From Octopus sinensis (lineage: Eukaryota): 64,000 nt of DNA. Made by a program: the position numbers and the translations under genes. The notes under the pieces are model-generated. The model saw nothing but the letters and a program-made list of their open reading frames with translations. It had not been told where the DNA came from and made no database searches. Of the stretch, positions 1-14,116 are shown piece by piece. Position 1 is the stretch's first letter; every line of letters begins with the position of its first letter. The stretch spans positions 186,062,001 to 186,126,000 of the forward strand of contig NC_042997.1 of the NCBI RefSeq assembly GCF_006345805.1, given 5' to 3'.

Positions 1-104
1 TATATTACTCTAACTTTATGTTAAATATTAAGTTATTTTTCATATGCTTGTATATACGGAAATAGTCATTCATTTTTCTAATTTTTTTTTTTAGTGGTTT
101 CATT

Positions 105-480
105 TGTTTGACCAGTGCCATACTGGAGCACAACCCGCAAGGGTTTAGTCGAACGTATTGAATCAGTATTCATTTCAGCATTTGGTACTTGTTTTATCGG
201 ACACCTTAGTTAATGAATGTAAACAAATATAAATGCAAACACGTACACTCATTCAAACACATATATTTATGTACACACACATGCACATGCACACACACAC
301 ACACACACACACAGATACACACACACACTGATACACACACACAGACACACATACATATATATATACGACGGTCTTACTTTCAATTTCTCACTATCAAATT
401 TTACTCAAGGCCACCTGTGGTCATAGTGTGCCCAAGGAATCATGCAGTGGGACTCAACCTGAAACAACGTGGTTGTGAAA
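105..480 (-). mobile_element. Old, diverged copy of SINE family A
   Basis: Degenerate matches to family A landmarks (ATACTGGAGCAC, TATACGACGG, TGCCCAAGG..CATGCAGTGGGACTCAACC) around an internal (CA)n. Confidence 0.6.
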
Positions 481-599
481 TGAATGTATTTCCCAAATGC
501 CCCATGTCTGTACATACGGCTGTAAAAGTAACCTCATGCTGTAGGGTTTATTTATTTAAATTTGATGATTTAGTTCACTGGTAATTAGATCTTCATAAT

Positions 600-1450
600 G
601 TGTGTTCCTTTAGGTGACAAATAGAAGACTTTGGTTAGGAGATTCAGGAAAGTAAAACATAGAGCTGAATTATTCCTTTTACATGTTTCATTGAGCCACT
701 TTGATCGAGTGCTAACAGATGGATCATGTTGAAGCAGTGTAGGGCTGGCCTATTTTTAGTGTGTAGCTGTTCTTTTGTAGGAACGGTCATTTGTCACATG
801 TACTGAATAAAGTGTATGCTACTGTAGGAGAGAATATAGTGGTTAAGTATATGATACGTAATTAAATGCGGGACAGTTACTATTATCGTAGTTAATAGCA
901 ATAGTGGCAGTCTTTCTTACATGGGCTGCAGTTGTGGTTTTTTGAGGAGAAATTTGTTCATATGCCTTCACACATACAAAATTTCCCATCGTCTTTTGTT
1001 TAAGAGCTTGAAGCATTGCATCAAGTTGTTAAACTTTTCAGTCGGTTATAATTTACATCTCCCTGATTCATTAAAGTACGTGGTTGATGCTTAAACAAAG
1101 CTCTAGCTTACACTATCCTTCAGTTTCCTCTCGTATTGAAATAGAGAAATGAAATAATCCTTCCTCTAACCTAGAAGAGGGAGTGATCTGCGTGTATCTG
1201 GAGCGAATGACATCTCTATGAGCCCTATAGCACTTTTCAGTGACTTCTGCAGATGTTATTTTGCTCTGCTAATATATGGCACTTGCCATTAAAAGAGCAA
1301 AAGCTTACTTGCTACATTGGAAGTTATGTACTCATGGTTATTAACAGATTTCAACTCAATAAAACATATTTTACTACTTCTGTTTTGTGGGAGTTGTTAC
1401 ACATATTCATGATTTTCTTTGAAGCCACTTCTTATTAATGTCTTATTGTA
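600..1450 (-). pseudogene. Possible highly decayed RLE-type non-LTR retrotransposon fragment
   Basis: Minus-strand translation gives KTTTAAHV and SYT*..SLL, loosely like the zinc-knuckle region (ETTxHVLxxC..RYTWRH) of R2/NeSL-type elements; many stops and frameshifts. Confidence 0.3.
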
Positions 1451-1525
1451 GTAGGGTGCGGCTCGACTGAGTATGTCCCTGTCGGAGGCCAGATTGGGTA
1501 AGACCTATTTATGTTACCGACTAAG

Positions 1526-1562
<37 letters not shown>

Positions 1563-2142
1563 TATATATATATATGTATGTATGTATGTATGTAGTATGT
1601 ATGTATGTATGTATGGTTGGATGTATGTATGTATAAATATATATATATATATATTTATATATCTTCTTTTTATTGCAAGGAATGATGGAAATTTTATATA
1701 TATGTCTTCATTTGGTTTTCATTAGGGACAATGTTCGCCTGTAATTAAACCTAATGGGATATCTTAAATTATGGACGTGTGTTAGGTTATGGTGCACGAC
1801 TTTTAAATTCTCTCACACACACACGCTCACACTGATACGCTTACCTACACACCTACACACACACATATGATTGCTGTTTATTCTTGTCTGAAGAAGACCG
1901 TAATTGACTATGAAAGAAATTTTTTCGACAGTGGCGTTTTAAACCCTGTCAGATCATATATATCTTTTGGCAGACCGTACAAAGTTGTAAAAGACTTTTA
2001 CAATAAAATGGTGAAAGAGGTCAGTTCATCCCAAATTCTTTGTAAACTAAATATATCTCTTTCCGTGTATATATATACATACTACCAAAATATGACCTTT
2101 TTGAACTTATAGTTTTCTGTGTATGTATATAGATACTTCAGT

Positions 2143-2523
2143 GGAGGCGCAATGGCCCAGTGGTTAGGGCAGCGGACTCGCGGTCGTAGGATCGCGGTTT
2201 CGATTCCCAGACCGGGCGTTGTGAGTGTTTATTGAGCGAAAACACCTAAAGCTCCACGCGGCTCCGGCAGGGATTGTGGTGATCCCTGCTGTACTCTTTC
2301 ACCACAACTTTCTCTCACTCTTACTTCCTGTTTCTGTTGTACCTGTATTTCAAAGGGCCGGCCTTGTCACTCTCTGTGTCACGCTGAATATCCCCGAGAA
2401 CTACGTTAAGGGTACACGTGTCTGTGGAGTGCTCAGCCACTTACACGTTAATTTCACGAGCAGGCTGTTCCGTTGATCGGATCAACCGGAACCCTCGTCG
2501 TCGTAACCGACGGAGTGCTTCCA
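2143..2523 (+). mobile_element. tRNA(Arg)-like SINE family C, tail type 1, full length
   Basis: A box TGGCCCAGTGG, TCG anticodon-like loop (GGACTCGCGG), B box GGTTTCGATTCC, central CCACAACTTTCTCTCACTCT domain; second copy at 55342-55720. Confidence 0.85.
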
Positions 2524-2952
2524 TCCATAGATACTTCCAAACAAACAGGATTTTTAATGAAATCCTAATAGGTTTTATGAACTTGTTAATAATTTCTCAA
2601 AAATTTTTTTTCTGTAAACTGTTTTTAACATTTCCTTATTATTATCAAAGAATGTATATATGTATTGTAATTTTTTGTGCCCAATATTTTAATGAACTTT
2701 TTTTTATATTTTCCCAAGATTTTTCCTTGTAAACTGTTTTTAACATATTCTTATTATTATCAAAGAATGTATATATGTATTATAATATTTTGTGACAACC
2801 AGTACCTAACACAACAAAGCTTTTACATGTTACTTTTGACAATCTTTTTCTAAAATGTGAAACCGGTCAAGTGAATAAACATCTTTTAAAATTGCCTTTT
2901 TAAACCTTTCATATATAATTCCACTCGTACGGTACTTTACAACTTCACTTTG

Positions 2953-3078
<126 letters not shown>

Positions 3079-3466
3079 AAATACAAACTGGGACAAGAAC
3101 GCAAAACATTTAGAAGACGATACAAAAAACACGGACGGGACATTCGAAGCCTTCAATCTTCAGTCAAGAACCGGATCATCCTCGCAATTTCGGCTGATTA
3201 ATCTTGAGATTGCTCCAATCTTGTCAGCCCCAAGGAAAATCTAAGCTAAGAGCATTAGATTCCTTGGAAGAAAGCCTCGAATGTATACAAAACAAAGACG
3301 GAAAAACGGACACATACATATGTAGTCATTTTGAGGATACAGATACCTCTTAAAAAGGGATGTTAACATCCAAACTTCACCGGTTTAGTCTTATATTTCG
3401 ATATGTTAATAAATTGATGTTTATCTGTTAAAACTCTCCATTTTCTTATTATCATATAATATATAT

Positions 3467-3617
3467 ATCACCGTGGTCACCGTGACCGACCAGGCTATCA
3501 GATGTTGCTACACATCGCTGGTCACAATGCGCTTCGCATTGTTTTAACCTTCGAATAATGCCACCCCGCTGGCTAAGCGGATATACCAACAGAAGAAAGA
3601 GTGAGAGAAAGTTGTGG

Positions 3618-3620
<3 letters not shown>
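3467..3620 (-). mobile_element. SINE family C fragment, tail type 3
   Basis: Minus strand reads GCCACAACTTTCTCTCACTCT followed by a tail (AATGCGAAGCGCATTGTGACCAGCGATGTGTAGCAACATCTGATAGCCTGGTCGGTCACGG) unlike tails 1 and 2. Confidence 0.7.
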
Positions 3621-3661
<41 letters not shown>

Positions 3662-3673
3662 TTATATGTTTAT

Positions 3674-4273
3674 ACTCTTTTACTTGTTTCAGTCATTTGA
3701 CTGCAGCCATGCTGGAGCACCGCCGTTAATCGAGCAACTCGACTCCGGGGCTTATTTTTTTGTAAGCCCAGTACTTATTCTATCGGTCTCTTTTGCCGAA
3801 CCGCTAAGTGACGGAGACATAAACACACCAGCATCGGTTGTCAAGCAATGCTAGGGGGACAAACACAGACACACAAACATACACGCACACACACACACAC
3901 ACACATATATATATACATATATACGACGGGATTCTTGCAGTTTCCGTCTACCAAATCCACTCACAAGGCTTTGGTCGGCCCGAGGCTATAGTAGAAGACA
4001 CTTGCCCAAGGTGCCACGCAGTGGGACTGAACCCGTAACCATGTGGCTGGTAAACAAGGTACTTACCACACAGCCACTCTTGCGCCTATATATACACGCA
4101 TATACATATATACGACGGGCTTCTTTCAGTTTCCGTCTACCAAATCCACTCACAAGGCTTTGGTCGGCCCGAGGCTATAGTGGAAGACACTTGGCCAAGG
4201 TGCCACGCAGTGGGACTGAACCCGGAACCATGTGGTTGGTAAACAAGGTACTTACCACACAGCCACTTCTGCG

Positions 4274-4277
<4 letters not shown>
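3674..4277 (-). mobile_element. SINE family A (tRNA head, CORE-like domain, internal microsatellite): full copy 3674-4088 plus tandem 5' half 4108-4277
   Basis: Sense reading has A box AGTGGCTGTGTGG, B box GGGTTCAGTCCC, CORE-like CCTTGGGCAAGTGTCTT, internal (TA)/(TG) tract and tail AGTCAAATGACTGAAACAAGTAAAAGAG. More than 15 copies in the window. Confidence 0.9.
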
Positions 4278-4323
<46 letters not shown>

Positions 4324-4959
4324 ATATATATAATATATATTATATATATATAGATATATATATATATAATATATATATATATACTTATATGTATATGTAT
4401 ATACATATACACACATACATCGGGTTTGCGAAATGAACCTACCAATCAGATGGTGCATACGCATAACCAAACACAGACACACACATGTACACAAGTACAT
4501 GCATTATCTGCATATGTAAACACCTACATATATGTATATATATATATATATTATGACCTTGTATGTACGTATATATTCATCTTTGCATGGATGTATGTAT
4601 ATATGTATGTACGTATGTATGTATACATAAATATATACACGTAGTCGTTCGTACTTTGGCGCATGTTTATGCGTGTCTGCACATGCCATGTATTACTGCA
4701 GTATGATCAAATGTCACCGTCACTATTAAAGACTTTTCCCCCTTAAGTCCTCTCCCAACTTTTCCCCAACCCTCTTCTACAATCATTCTCCTGCCCCCCC
4801 CACCACCACCATCACATAGTCCTCTTCTCATTAAATTCCCCACCCCCACCCCATCCATCTCGTAACCTCAGTTTCAGATTAAATCTCATTAGTAACCGGA
4901 TTCCCACAGACCATGTCTTTGATTTAGAATTCCAGTTTCAGGTTCGATTATTGTAACAC

Positions 4960-5700
4960 TAGGATGGTGGTGGTGGTGATGGCGGCGGAGATGGCGGTGA
5001 CGGTGGTAGTGGTGGTGGTGATGGTGGTGTCTGGCGTTTGTGCTGCTGCTGCCGCTGCAGATGTTGGTAGTTGTTAAAGTAATCACACTAGTGATGATGA
5101 TGTTGCTGTTGCTGTTGTGAGTGATGGTGGTGGTGTTGATGGTTATTTTGGTGTTACTGTTGGAGTTGATGGTATTGTGATGGTGTTACGGCGGCGAGCT
5201 GGCAGAAACGTTAGCGTGCCGGGCGAAATGCTTAGCGGTATTTCGTCTGCCGTTACGTTCTGAGTTCAAATTCCGCCAAGGTCGACTTTGCCTTTCATCC
5301 TTTCGGGGTCGATTAAATAAGTACCAGTTACGCACTGGGGTCGATGTAATCGGCTTGATCCGTTTGTCTGTCCTTGTTTGTCCTCCCTGTGTTTAGCCCC
5401 TTGTGGGTAGTAAAGAAATAGGTATTGTAATGGTGTTGGTGATAGTGGAAGTAGACGTAGCGGAGATGCTGATGCTGATGCTCGTGGTGGTGGTGGTGGT
5501 GGTGGTGGTGGTGGTGGTGGTGGTGGTGCTAGTGGTGGTGATGCTGGTGGTGGTGATGATACTGGTGGTGGTGGTGGTGGTCGTCGTCGTCGTCGTCGCC
5601 TTCGTGATGGTAGTGGCAGTAGTGGTGATGGTGATGGTGGTAGCCGTGATGGCGGTAGCCGTCGTCGCAATAATATGCTATGTTACTTATGTTAGTGGCA
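4960..5700. repeat. (GGT/GAT/GCT)n trinucleotide low-complexity tract interrupted by a SINE
   Basis: Direct reading; source of the poly-V, poly-P and poly-H pseudo-ORFs. Confidence 0.9.
5190..5426 (+). mobile_element. tRNA-headed SINE family B, tail B1
   Basis: GGCGGCGAGCTGGCAGAA head, B box GAGTTCAAATTCC, central CTTTGCCTTTCATCCTTTCGGGGTCGAT..AAGTACCAG (recalled as resembling the Meta-SINE domain, unverified), tail ..GTGGGTAGTAAAGAAATAG. Confidence 0.9.
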
Positions 5701-5981
5701 CGATGGCAATATTGTCCTGCTAATCTGGTTCTTGTGATGCTGATGCTGGGGGTGACAATCTTGCTATTCGTGCGGATGGTAGGATTAAAGTAGTAGTGGT
5801 ATGATGGTAATAGTTGCTTGGTGGTATCAGTAGCAGTGGTAGTTATAGTATTGTAGCTGTAGTTGTAGAATGCTGATGATAATATTTATAATGGTCCTGA
5901 AGAAGGTAATCCGAGATGGCCTTTACTGTGAGAGCGATAACAAACAACAGAAATAGGGTCAATATTAAGGACATTACATTA

Positions 5982-6252
5982 GGCGGCGAGCTGGCAGAAA
6001 CGTTAGCACGCCGGGCGAAATGCGTAGCCGTATTTCGTCTGTCGTTACGTTGTGAGTTCAAATTCCGCCGAGGTCAACTTTGCCTTTCATCCTTTCGGGG
6101 TCGATAAATTAAGTACCAGTTACGCACTAGGATCGATATAATCGACTTAATACCTATGTCTGTCCTTGTTTGTCCCCTCTATGTTAAGCCCCTTGTGGGT
6201 AATAAAGAAATAGGTATTTCGTCCGTCTTTATGTTCCGAGTTCAAATTCCAA
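5982..6252 (+). mobile_element. SINE family B with start of a second tandem unit
   Basis: After GAAATAG the sequence restarts at GTATTTCGTC (6214), 184 bp after the first occurrence (6030). Confidence 0.9.
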
Positions 6253-7007
6253 CGTTGCATAGAGATATTTCGATTTGGTAACATTCGAGGATATTGTATT
6301 ATCAGAGTCCAAATCGAACGTTTTAAGAATTTCTTAATATGTTAGGTTCGTCATCTTCAGTGGATAGAGGATTAATCCGGACTATATTACAGGTAAGTGT
6401 AATACTGTCTAGTACAATTTAAACAGGAAGCTAGCTTGTAGCATTAAATGTATATTGGTCATCATTTATGTATACAACGATGAACCGGTTATGTGGTTGC
6501 TCAATCCATTAGAAATAACAGCCAAATCTCTCTTAAAGACATATTGTCTCGAATTTTTGAAACGTAGCCATGGTTAAAATACCTAAGAAAAGAAATTAAT
6601 GGGATAGACACGGAATAAATGTCTTTGAACATAGGTCTGATCGATCAGGCCCCACTTAATGCTAAAGGCAACAACAATAATGACAACATCTGTTCATACA
6701 TATGTGAAAGCTGTACCTAGCGCACAATGTATACGCATACAAACACACAAGCATTTACATACCCACAAACTTATACATAATCTTACTTGCAGCAACACAC
6801 ACATACATAAGCAAAGCTCGGCACTACTTATCTAACTTCCCTACGTAAACACATACACATACAATTATACACACATAAATACACTCATTCATAAATAAAA
6901 GATTATATTTGCACAAACTGTCCCATACTGTCATTGCTATCTGAATGGTGTAAGCCAAACACATACATGCAGTGTATGTCTTTACAGACAGAATGCCAAG
7001 GTATTAT

Positions 7008-7187
<180 letters not shown>

Positions 7188-8394
7188 CGCACACACATAT
7201 GCGCACATCATGCTTACATACATGTACACTACATATGCATGCATACATATGTGATGACATACATACATGTATACATACATATTTGATGATACTTATTGGC
7301 AATGATGCATATACACAATGCGAATGCATACACACACATACATGCATGTATGTGTGCGTGTGTGCGTGTGTGTATGTGTGTGTGTTTGTGTGTGTTTGTG
7401 TGTGTGTTGAAACACTCACTTCACATAACATGCACAGGTAACCTGCAGAAAAAACACACGCGTACACACACATGCGCATACATACTGGGACACAAACATA
7501 GTCATACACAAACACACACAAGGAGATTCACATACGCATACGCAAAAATATTAATGGTAGGAGGCGATGCTATTTCGGAACTGAAATGATCGCTGATATC
7601 ATGTACTGTTTCCTGTTATCTCTCTAGCAACAATACTACTACCTAAAGCGTCACTCTTACATACTCCCGTCCCTGAACTCTATTTCCTGTTCCTATCTCT
7701 GCACCACCAGCATTACCATTAGCATCATCACTGCCTCCACCATCACCACTAATTCTTCCAGACCCTCCAGCACTAGAATTTGTGCTTCTGTCACAGTACT
7801 CGTACCAATGCACCAATGCACCAATCCAGCAGCTATGCAGCCATCATCACTGTACATACCACCATCACATCCGTCCCACCGCTATCAGTATCACCACCTA
7901 TATTACTACTACATGCATACACCAAATATCACGAACATTAAAGCAGCGCTACGACAACCACCATCTTTACCACTACCACCATAACCACAAGCACTACACA
8001 AACTTCAATGCACCAGTAAATTCGCCATCAACACTACAACACCCACCGCTAATACTGTCGCCACAACAATTTCACTACGACTACCATCGCTATCACAACT
8101 CCAATACCTCTAGCTCTACCAACACAATGCACCACTAATAATTCCACCACTACAATACAACCACAGAAACAGTACCAGCGACATTCCAGTTCCATATGTA
8201 CCACTCCACCACCACCACCACCACGACCAAAGCACTTTCATTTTCTTCACCGCCATTATCAACTATATTGCTCTTAATTAATAGTATAGCACCTATTAAA
8301 CGCGCCCACCTACAAACATACCTTCTGGAGCCAACCGAGCTATTAGCAAATAGAAAACGGTGCAGTGTGGCATAGATTGTCTTTTCTTCTTCCT

Positions 8395-8710
<316 letters not shown>

Positions 8711-9021
8711 TTACATTTTCTACTTTATTTTGCTCCTCTTTTTCTCTCCTTTCCTTCAGATCTCCTTTCGAGATCTTGTTCCTGCTACTCCCTTCTTCCT
8801 CTTTTTGACTGCCTCTCTGTAATATCTCCCTACCTCTGTTTGGTCCCTCGGACATGTTTCTGTCTGATCGTTTTAGCATTCGTGTCTTTCAGTACATACA
8901 TAACGAACAACAGTTTATATACGTGTGTGTATGTGTGTGTATTTATACATCTGTGTCGCGTGTGTACCGTTGGCGATTTTTTCTTTCCGTCTTCCCTTCC
9001 TTGGATCTTTCCTTGTCCTAT

Positions 9022-9056
9022 GTTTCTGACGAAGAGCTCCGCTCGAAACGTTAAAT
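9022..9056 (+). ncRNA. Minimal type I hammerhead ribozyme motif in a Penelope-like repeat (about 8960-9167)
   Basis: GTTT-CTGACGA-A-GAGC(TCC)GCTC-GAA-ACGT-T-AAAT: core boxes, 4-bp stem II, self-complementary ACGT stem III, stem I GUUU/AAAU. Confidence 0.6.
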
Positions 9057-9167
9057 CTTCTTTCTTTCCTTCCTTTCCTGAGCGTCCAATAACACTATAC
9101 TTGTTCCACGTCCTCGCGTTGTTGTTTTTTTCTTTGTGTTTTCATGTTTGAATTAACTATATATATA

Positions 9168-9266
<99 letters not shown>

Positions 9267-9899
9267 TATGTATGTGTTTGTGTGAGTCCATTCCCATTCT
9301 GACTGTAACACAAGCGAAGACCTTTACATCAAGCTTTACCGGCCTAATTCTGTGGCCTTTCCGCTGGACAAATATTCCTTAAAAAGAAAACCGTGCTGAG
9401 GCCTGTATGTGCATGCACAGATGCATAATCCACTGTCACCAATAGATTCCTTATAACTGAAAATAAACGAATGATCATGGCTGGATTGTTTTAGTGGCGG
9501 GATAGGCCTGTTCTAGCAAGCTTGACGTAGAACAAAACAGCCTCAAAATTATCCTTATTTTCACCAAGACCACCTTGGCCAAAACACACGTGATCTATCA
9601 TCTCTTCCTCTTACCCCTACACATTTTCTCACACGTGACATTTTGTCCAGTCGTATGCTCCCAAGGTTGCATTTACTTGGAATTCCAATTTCCTTAATAT
9701 GTTTTTCTTCTAGCGAATTAATTTGAAGGCTCAAATTCAACGTTTACATCTATCTCTTTTTCAAAGATTCCCAAAATGTTTTTAAGTTTTTAAATTAAGT
9801 TTTACATTTCCCCTTCAGAATAAAATACTTAACGATAATTTTTTCTTTTTTTTAAGCGTCCCTTAGTAGATACAAAGAAATATATGTATAACGAGTAAA

Positions 9900-10314
9900 A
9901 CACCCCCACAACCGTCTAATGGACGGTGCTGAGTTGTCAAACATTTAAACCAAATTTTCTCAAAGCAACTTGTCCAACTGTCCCATAGGCCTCCCCTTTG
10001 AGAAACACTGATTTAACCTAATTTTGAGACACCAAACAGGCCGGCGTTTTTTGCGCAAACTGCATGTGCATTTTACCCGCGTACGCGTAGTATCGATCGC
10101 AACAGCTGATGTACTTGCGCGTACAAGTGCACGTTCCCACGGCTTTATCGATCGCATTCTCACCCGAAATCTATTTTTGTAATTTTTTCAAGCCTTATTT
10201 ATACACGCCCTGATACTGTCGGTATCTACATATCAAATTTGAACGCAATCGGATGGAGGATGCCCGAGATCCTAGAAGACACACACACAGACAGAACGGA
10301 TTTTATATAATAGA
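9900..10314 (-). mobile_element. Non-autonomous Helitron-like 5' fragment
   Basis: Minus strand starts A|TCTATTATATAAAATCCGTTCTGTCTGTGTG, matching the starts of the other two Helitrons; 3' CTAG end not located. Confidence 0.55.
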
Positions 10315-10319
10315 TAATG

Positions 10320-10560
10320 ATCCCGTTCTATGCAGTAGCTGCGGACTACAAGATAACTCGTGGTCGGCCCCGCACCAGATGGCTGGACGTGATTAAGGAA
10401 GATCTCCAGAATCTCGACGTCATCCTGGAAGATGCAGAGGGGATGGCACAGGATCACCAGTGATAGGGAGCACTGGTGGACCTGGCTGGCTCTCCACACG
10501 ACGACGCACCTGGGACCATTAATGTCGGATGACACCAGCCCCATCAAACAAGAGCACGAA
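10320..10560 (+). pseudogene. RTE-clade LINE C-terminal remnant
   Basis: Translates RGRPRTRWLDVIKEDLQNLDVILEDAEGMAQDHQ*, the typical RGRP..W.D...DL..A.DR..WR end of RTE ORFs. Confidence 0.7.
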
Positions 10561-10684
10561 GGAAGCAAGCATGTGCTTCATTGAACTGTCCAAAGTTCTG
10601 GCTGTACCAAAATCGAGAATAATAGAATTTGTCCAGACTGACGTATTACACAATTTTCGCAGCATCGTATACACTTTATTAACA

Positions 10685-11027
10685 TCTCTATATATATAAA
10701 CGGCAAAATGTCTGTGTGCGTGTCCTTTATACAAATCTCTAATTTTTCAGTTAGAGGGCTCGCACTTTCTATGGTCATTTAAAACCGTCCAAGGGTAGTC
10801 GTGCACATCTTAACATTTCCCAGTCACCTCGCAAAGCCATTAAAAAATCAATAGAAGTGACTTTTTTGTGAATTTTCTACCCAAAACCCAATCAAAATGC
10901 CCGAAGCTTGATATGCCAATTGAATGCCAGCTAGCTGTATGTGATTAGTCGGAGATCTGGACAGTACTTGCGTGTATGCGCGCATGCACTAGCACTATGA
11001 CCCGGCATTGCCGGGTCATAGTGCTAG
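10685..11027 (+). mobile_element. Non-autonomous Helitron
   Basis: A|TC start (ATCTCTATATATATAAA), GC-rich subterminal hairpin GACCCGGCA-T-TGCCGGGTC, CTAG|T end. Confidence 0.8.
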
Positions 11028-12455
11028 TCGGGAATATATAAAAGAGAACCAACTCCGATGTAATTTGAATTTATAATTAAAGGTAAGTATATAATGTTGA
11101 TTTACTTGCCCAACTCTTCTGTAATGCGCCGGCCAGTAGTGATGCGAACAACAGCGTAAATGATCCGTAACTTTACAAGAAAACCAACCCTACTATCGAG
11201 GGAGCTAACTCGTTTGATATATATACTCCGTGATTTAACACTTCTGTTATCGATGCCGGGCAAGAAACAAAGTCGATTGTCGCAAAATGTCTTTGATTCT
11301 TGACCACAGAAAGAAAATCTCTGGTTAAATCACGATATCTACCATATTTGCAGAGGTCTAAATCTGTGTTTATTAACACCATACGGCCGCAGGTTTTTTC
11401 ACGCATTTCTATTCATCCAAAGACGATGTAGTATACTGGTAATACATAAATGAGTGTGTGTGTGTGTGTGGTGTGTGTGTGTGTGTGCCTTTGTACACGT
11501 ACATCAGTGATGTTTCCGGCATGAATGCAAAGTGTACAAATTGTGCGGAAAATGTATAAATACATATAATAAATAACAAATAACAAATCTTATTTTAATA
11601 CAAATCTTAACCTGTTTTTATGAGAGACAGCTGTAAAGCGAGGACATAAATGCTATATGAAGCCCACTTCAAATATACGGCTTGATTTTTGAAAATTACA
11701 TGCTCTGGTTGTAAGTACGAGGAGTCGCCCTTTATACACAAACATATATAAATTGATACGTAAATATGCATACATAGGAGTGGGGTAGAAGTAGAAAGCA
11801 GGGAAGTAAGGGTGTGGAAATCTGTTATATGTATTCTATAATACCTTAATAGTTAAATTCATACTGCATAATTTATGTAACTACACCTAATTTATTCACA
11901 TTTCTGCGAGAGTGTTTACATGTGTATATGTACACTCATTTAAGCACGCGGATATATATATATGTAAGCATGTGTATGCGTGTATATATTCTTGAGGTGT
12001 ATTGGTTTATTGCTACTGTGGGCTTTAATCACTGTTAGCCACAGGTTCGTATTTATACAGAAACAGGATCTTCACTAGAAATGCTAAAGGCATTCCAGGT
12101 TCAGTGACATTGCACTCAAAACTTATGAGTATGAATGCAAACACACGCACAGCCAAGTGTGCGTGAATATGTGTATATAAGTAATATATGTGGGTTCTTG
12201 TGTATAGAGAGATATATGTATGTATGTGTGTATAGAGTGATATTTTCGCTCATATGTGTAGATACATATATATACATGTGTGTATGTGTGTATATGTATG
12301 CACATAGATATATCATTATGTTCATGTAGACGTGTCTATGTTTGTTTATGAATGCATGGGCGATATTTGTGTGTGGGTGTCTGTTTTGGCATATTTATAG
12401 GTTTGTCTCTCTGTATATATTCAGAGAGGTACATAGGATATAGATACATACATAT

Positions 12456-12518
<63 letters not shown>

Positions 12519-12671
12519 CGTGTATATATGTGTGTACGTGTGTGTCCGCGCCTATAACTATTTATATATATAGATATAGATAGAAACGTGTATATATATG
12601 AGTGTATATATATACATACATACATAAACACACATTCATATATATATGTATCTTCCACATATTTATATATG

Positions 12672-12730
<59 letters not shown>

Positions 12731-12875
12731 ATTGGAAGGTTTGGAGATGATGTACTGGTATTTTATATTAGAAGAAATGAGGTAATAAAATGTATTAAAA
12801 AATGTAATATACAAATAAATATCTGTAAATATAAACAATCCGATTTTCTGAGTACCTCATTTCTTCTAATATTTA

Positions 12876-12944
<69 letters not shown>

Positions 12945-13391
12945 CGATCAAGGCGGTGCCCCAGCGTGGCCGCAGTCAAATAATTGAAACAAGTAAGCGA
13001 GTGAAGATAATACCTTAATGTGTGTGTGCGTGCGCGCATGCGCTTTTGTTTCTATGTGTACCTCATAAATAAATACATATACATACATGCTTACACACAG
13101 ACTCGAGCTTAACCTCTACAAGCAGTCTATTCTCTAATACTTTCAATAAATAATGTCTCTGGATTTACAACCAATTATCGTGCACCCATTTTTCCTGTTC
13201 TTCTAGACCAGACATATTACGGCCAAATTGAATTCCCGAACGTAATGTAAGAGACTGAACAAAATTTAAAATGTTATTGTAACTGAAAACACAGTAACAA
13301 TAAAACAGTTCTTATTGAAAAAAATGTCTTCATTGATTATAATCAATTTTTCTAACATTTGTGGGAATACAATTTCCCAACCTTTATTCCC

Positions 13392-13578
13392 TTTTACTCT
13401 TTTACTTGCTTCAGTCATGTGACTGTGGCCATGCTGGAGCACGACCTTTAGTCGAACAAATCGACCCCAGGACTTATTCTTTGTAAGCCTAGTACTTATT
13501 CTATCGGTCTCTTTTCCCGAACCGCTTAGTTACAGGGACCTAAACACACCAGCATCGGCTGTCAAGCGATGTTGGACC

Positions 13579-13641
<63 letters not shown>

Positions 13642-13748
13642 GCATATATACGACGGGCTTCTTTTAGTTTCCGTCTACTAAATCCACTCACAAAGCTTTG
13701 GTAAGCCTAAGGCTATAGTAGAAGACACTTACCCAAGGTGCCACGCAG
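13392..13748 (-). mobile_element. SINE family A, 5' head replaced by a family B dimer
   Basis: Family A tail and body up to GGTGCCACGCAG, then an abrupt switch to family B sequence. Confidence 0.85.
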
Positions 13749-14116
13749 GACAGACAAACGGATTAAGTCGATTATATCGACCCCAGTGCGTAACTGGTAC
13801 TTATTTAATCGACCCCGAAAGGGATGAAAGGCAAAGTCGACCTTGGCGGAATTTGAACTAAGAACGTAACGGCAGATGAAATACCTATTTCTTTATTACC
13901 CACAAGGAGCTAAACACAGAGGGGACAAACAAGGACAGACAAACGGATTAAGTTGATTACATCGACTCCAGTGCGTAACTGGTACTTATTTTATCGACCC
14001 CGAAAGGATGAAAGGCAAAGTCGACCTCGGCGGAATTTGAACTCAGAACGTAACGGCAGACGAAATACCGCTCGGCATTTCGCCCGGCGTGCTAACGTTT
14101 CTGCCAGATCGCCACC
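13749..14116 (-). mobile_element. SINE family B head-to-tail dimer
   Basis: Head at 14116; GAAATAC landmarks at 14062 and 13878 give a 184-bp period. Confidence 0.9.

Noticed and set aside
1884-1931. CTGAAGA..GAAA..GACA possible decayed hammerhead
   Set aside because: Stem II does not pair, and stem I would consume core C3.
5891-5925. CTGAAGA-A-GG(TAAT)CC-GAGA pseudo-hammerhead
   Set aside because: GAAA box broken, stem II only 2 bp, no stem I.
11173-11406. 77-aa non-repetitive minus-strand ORF
   Set aside because: No recognisable motif or convincing splice context; length is within chance expectation.
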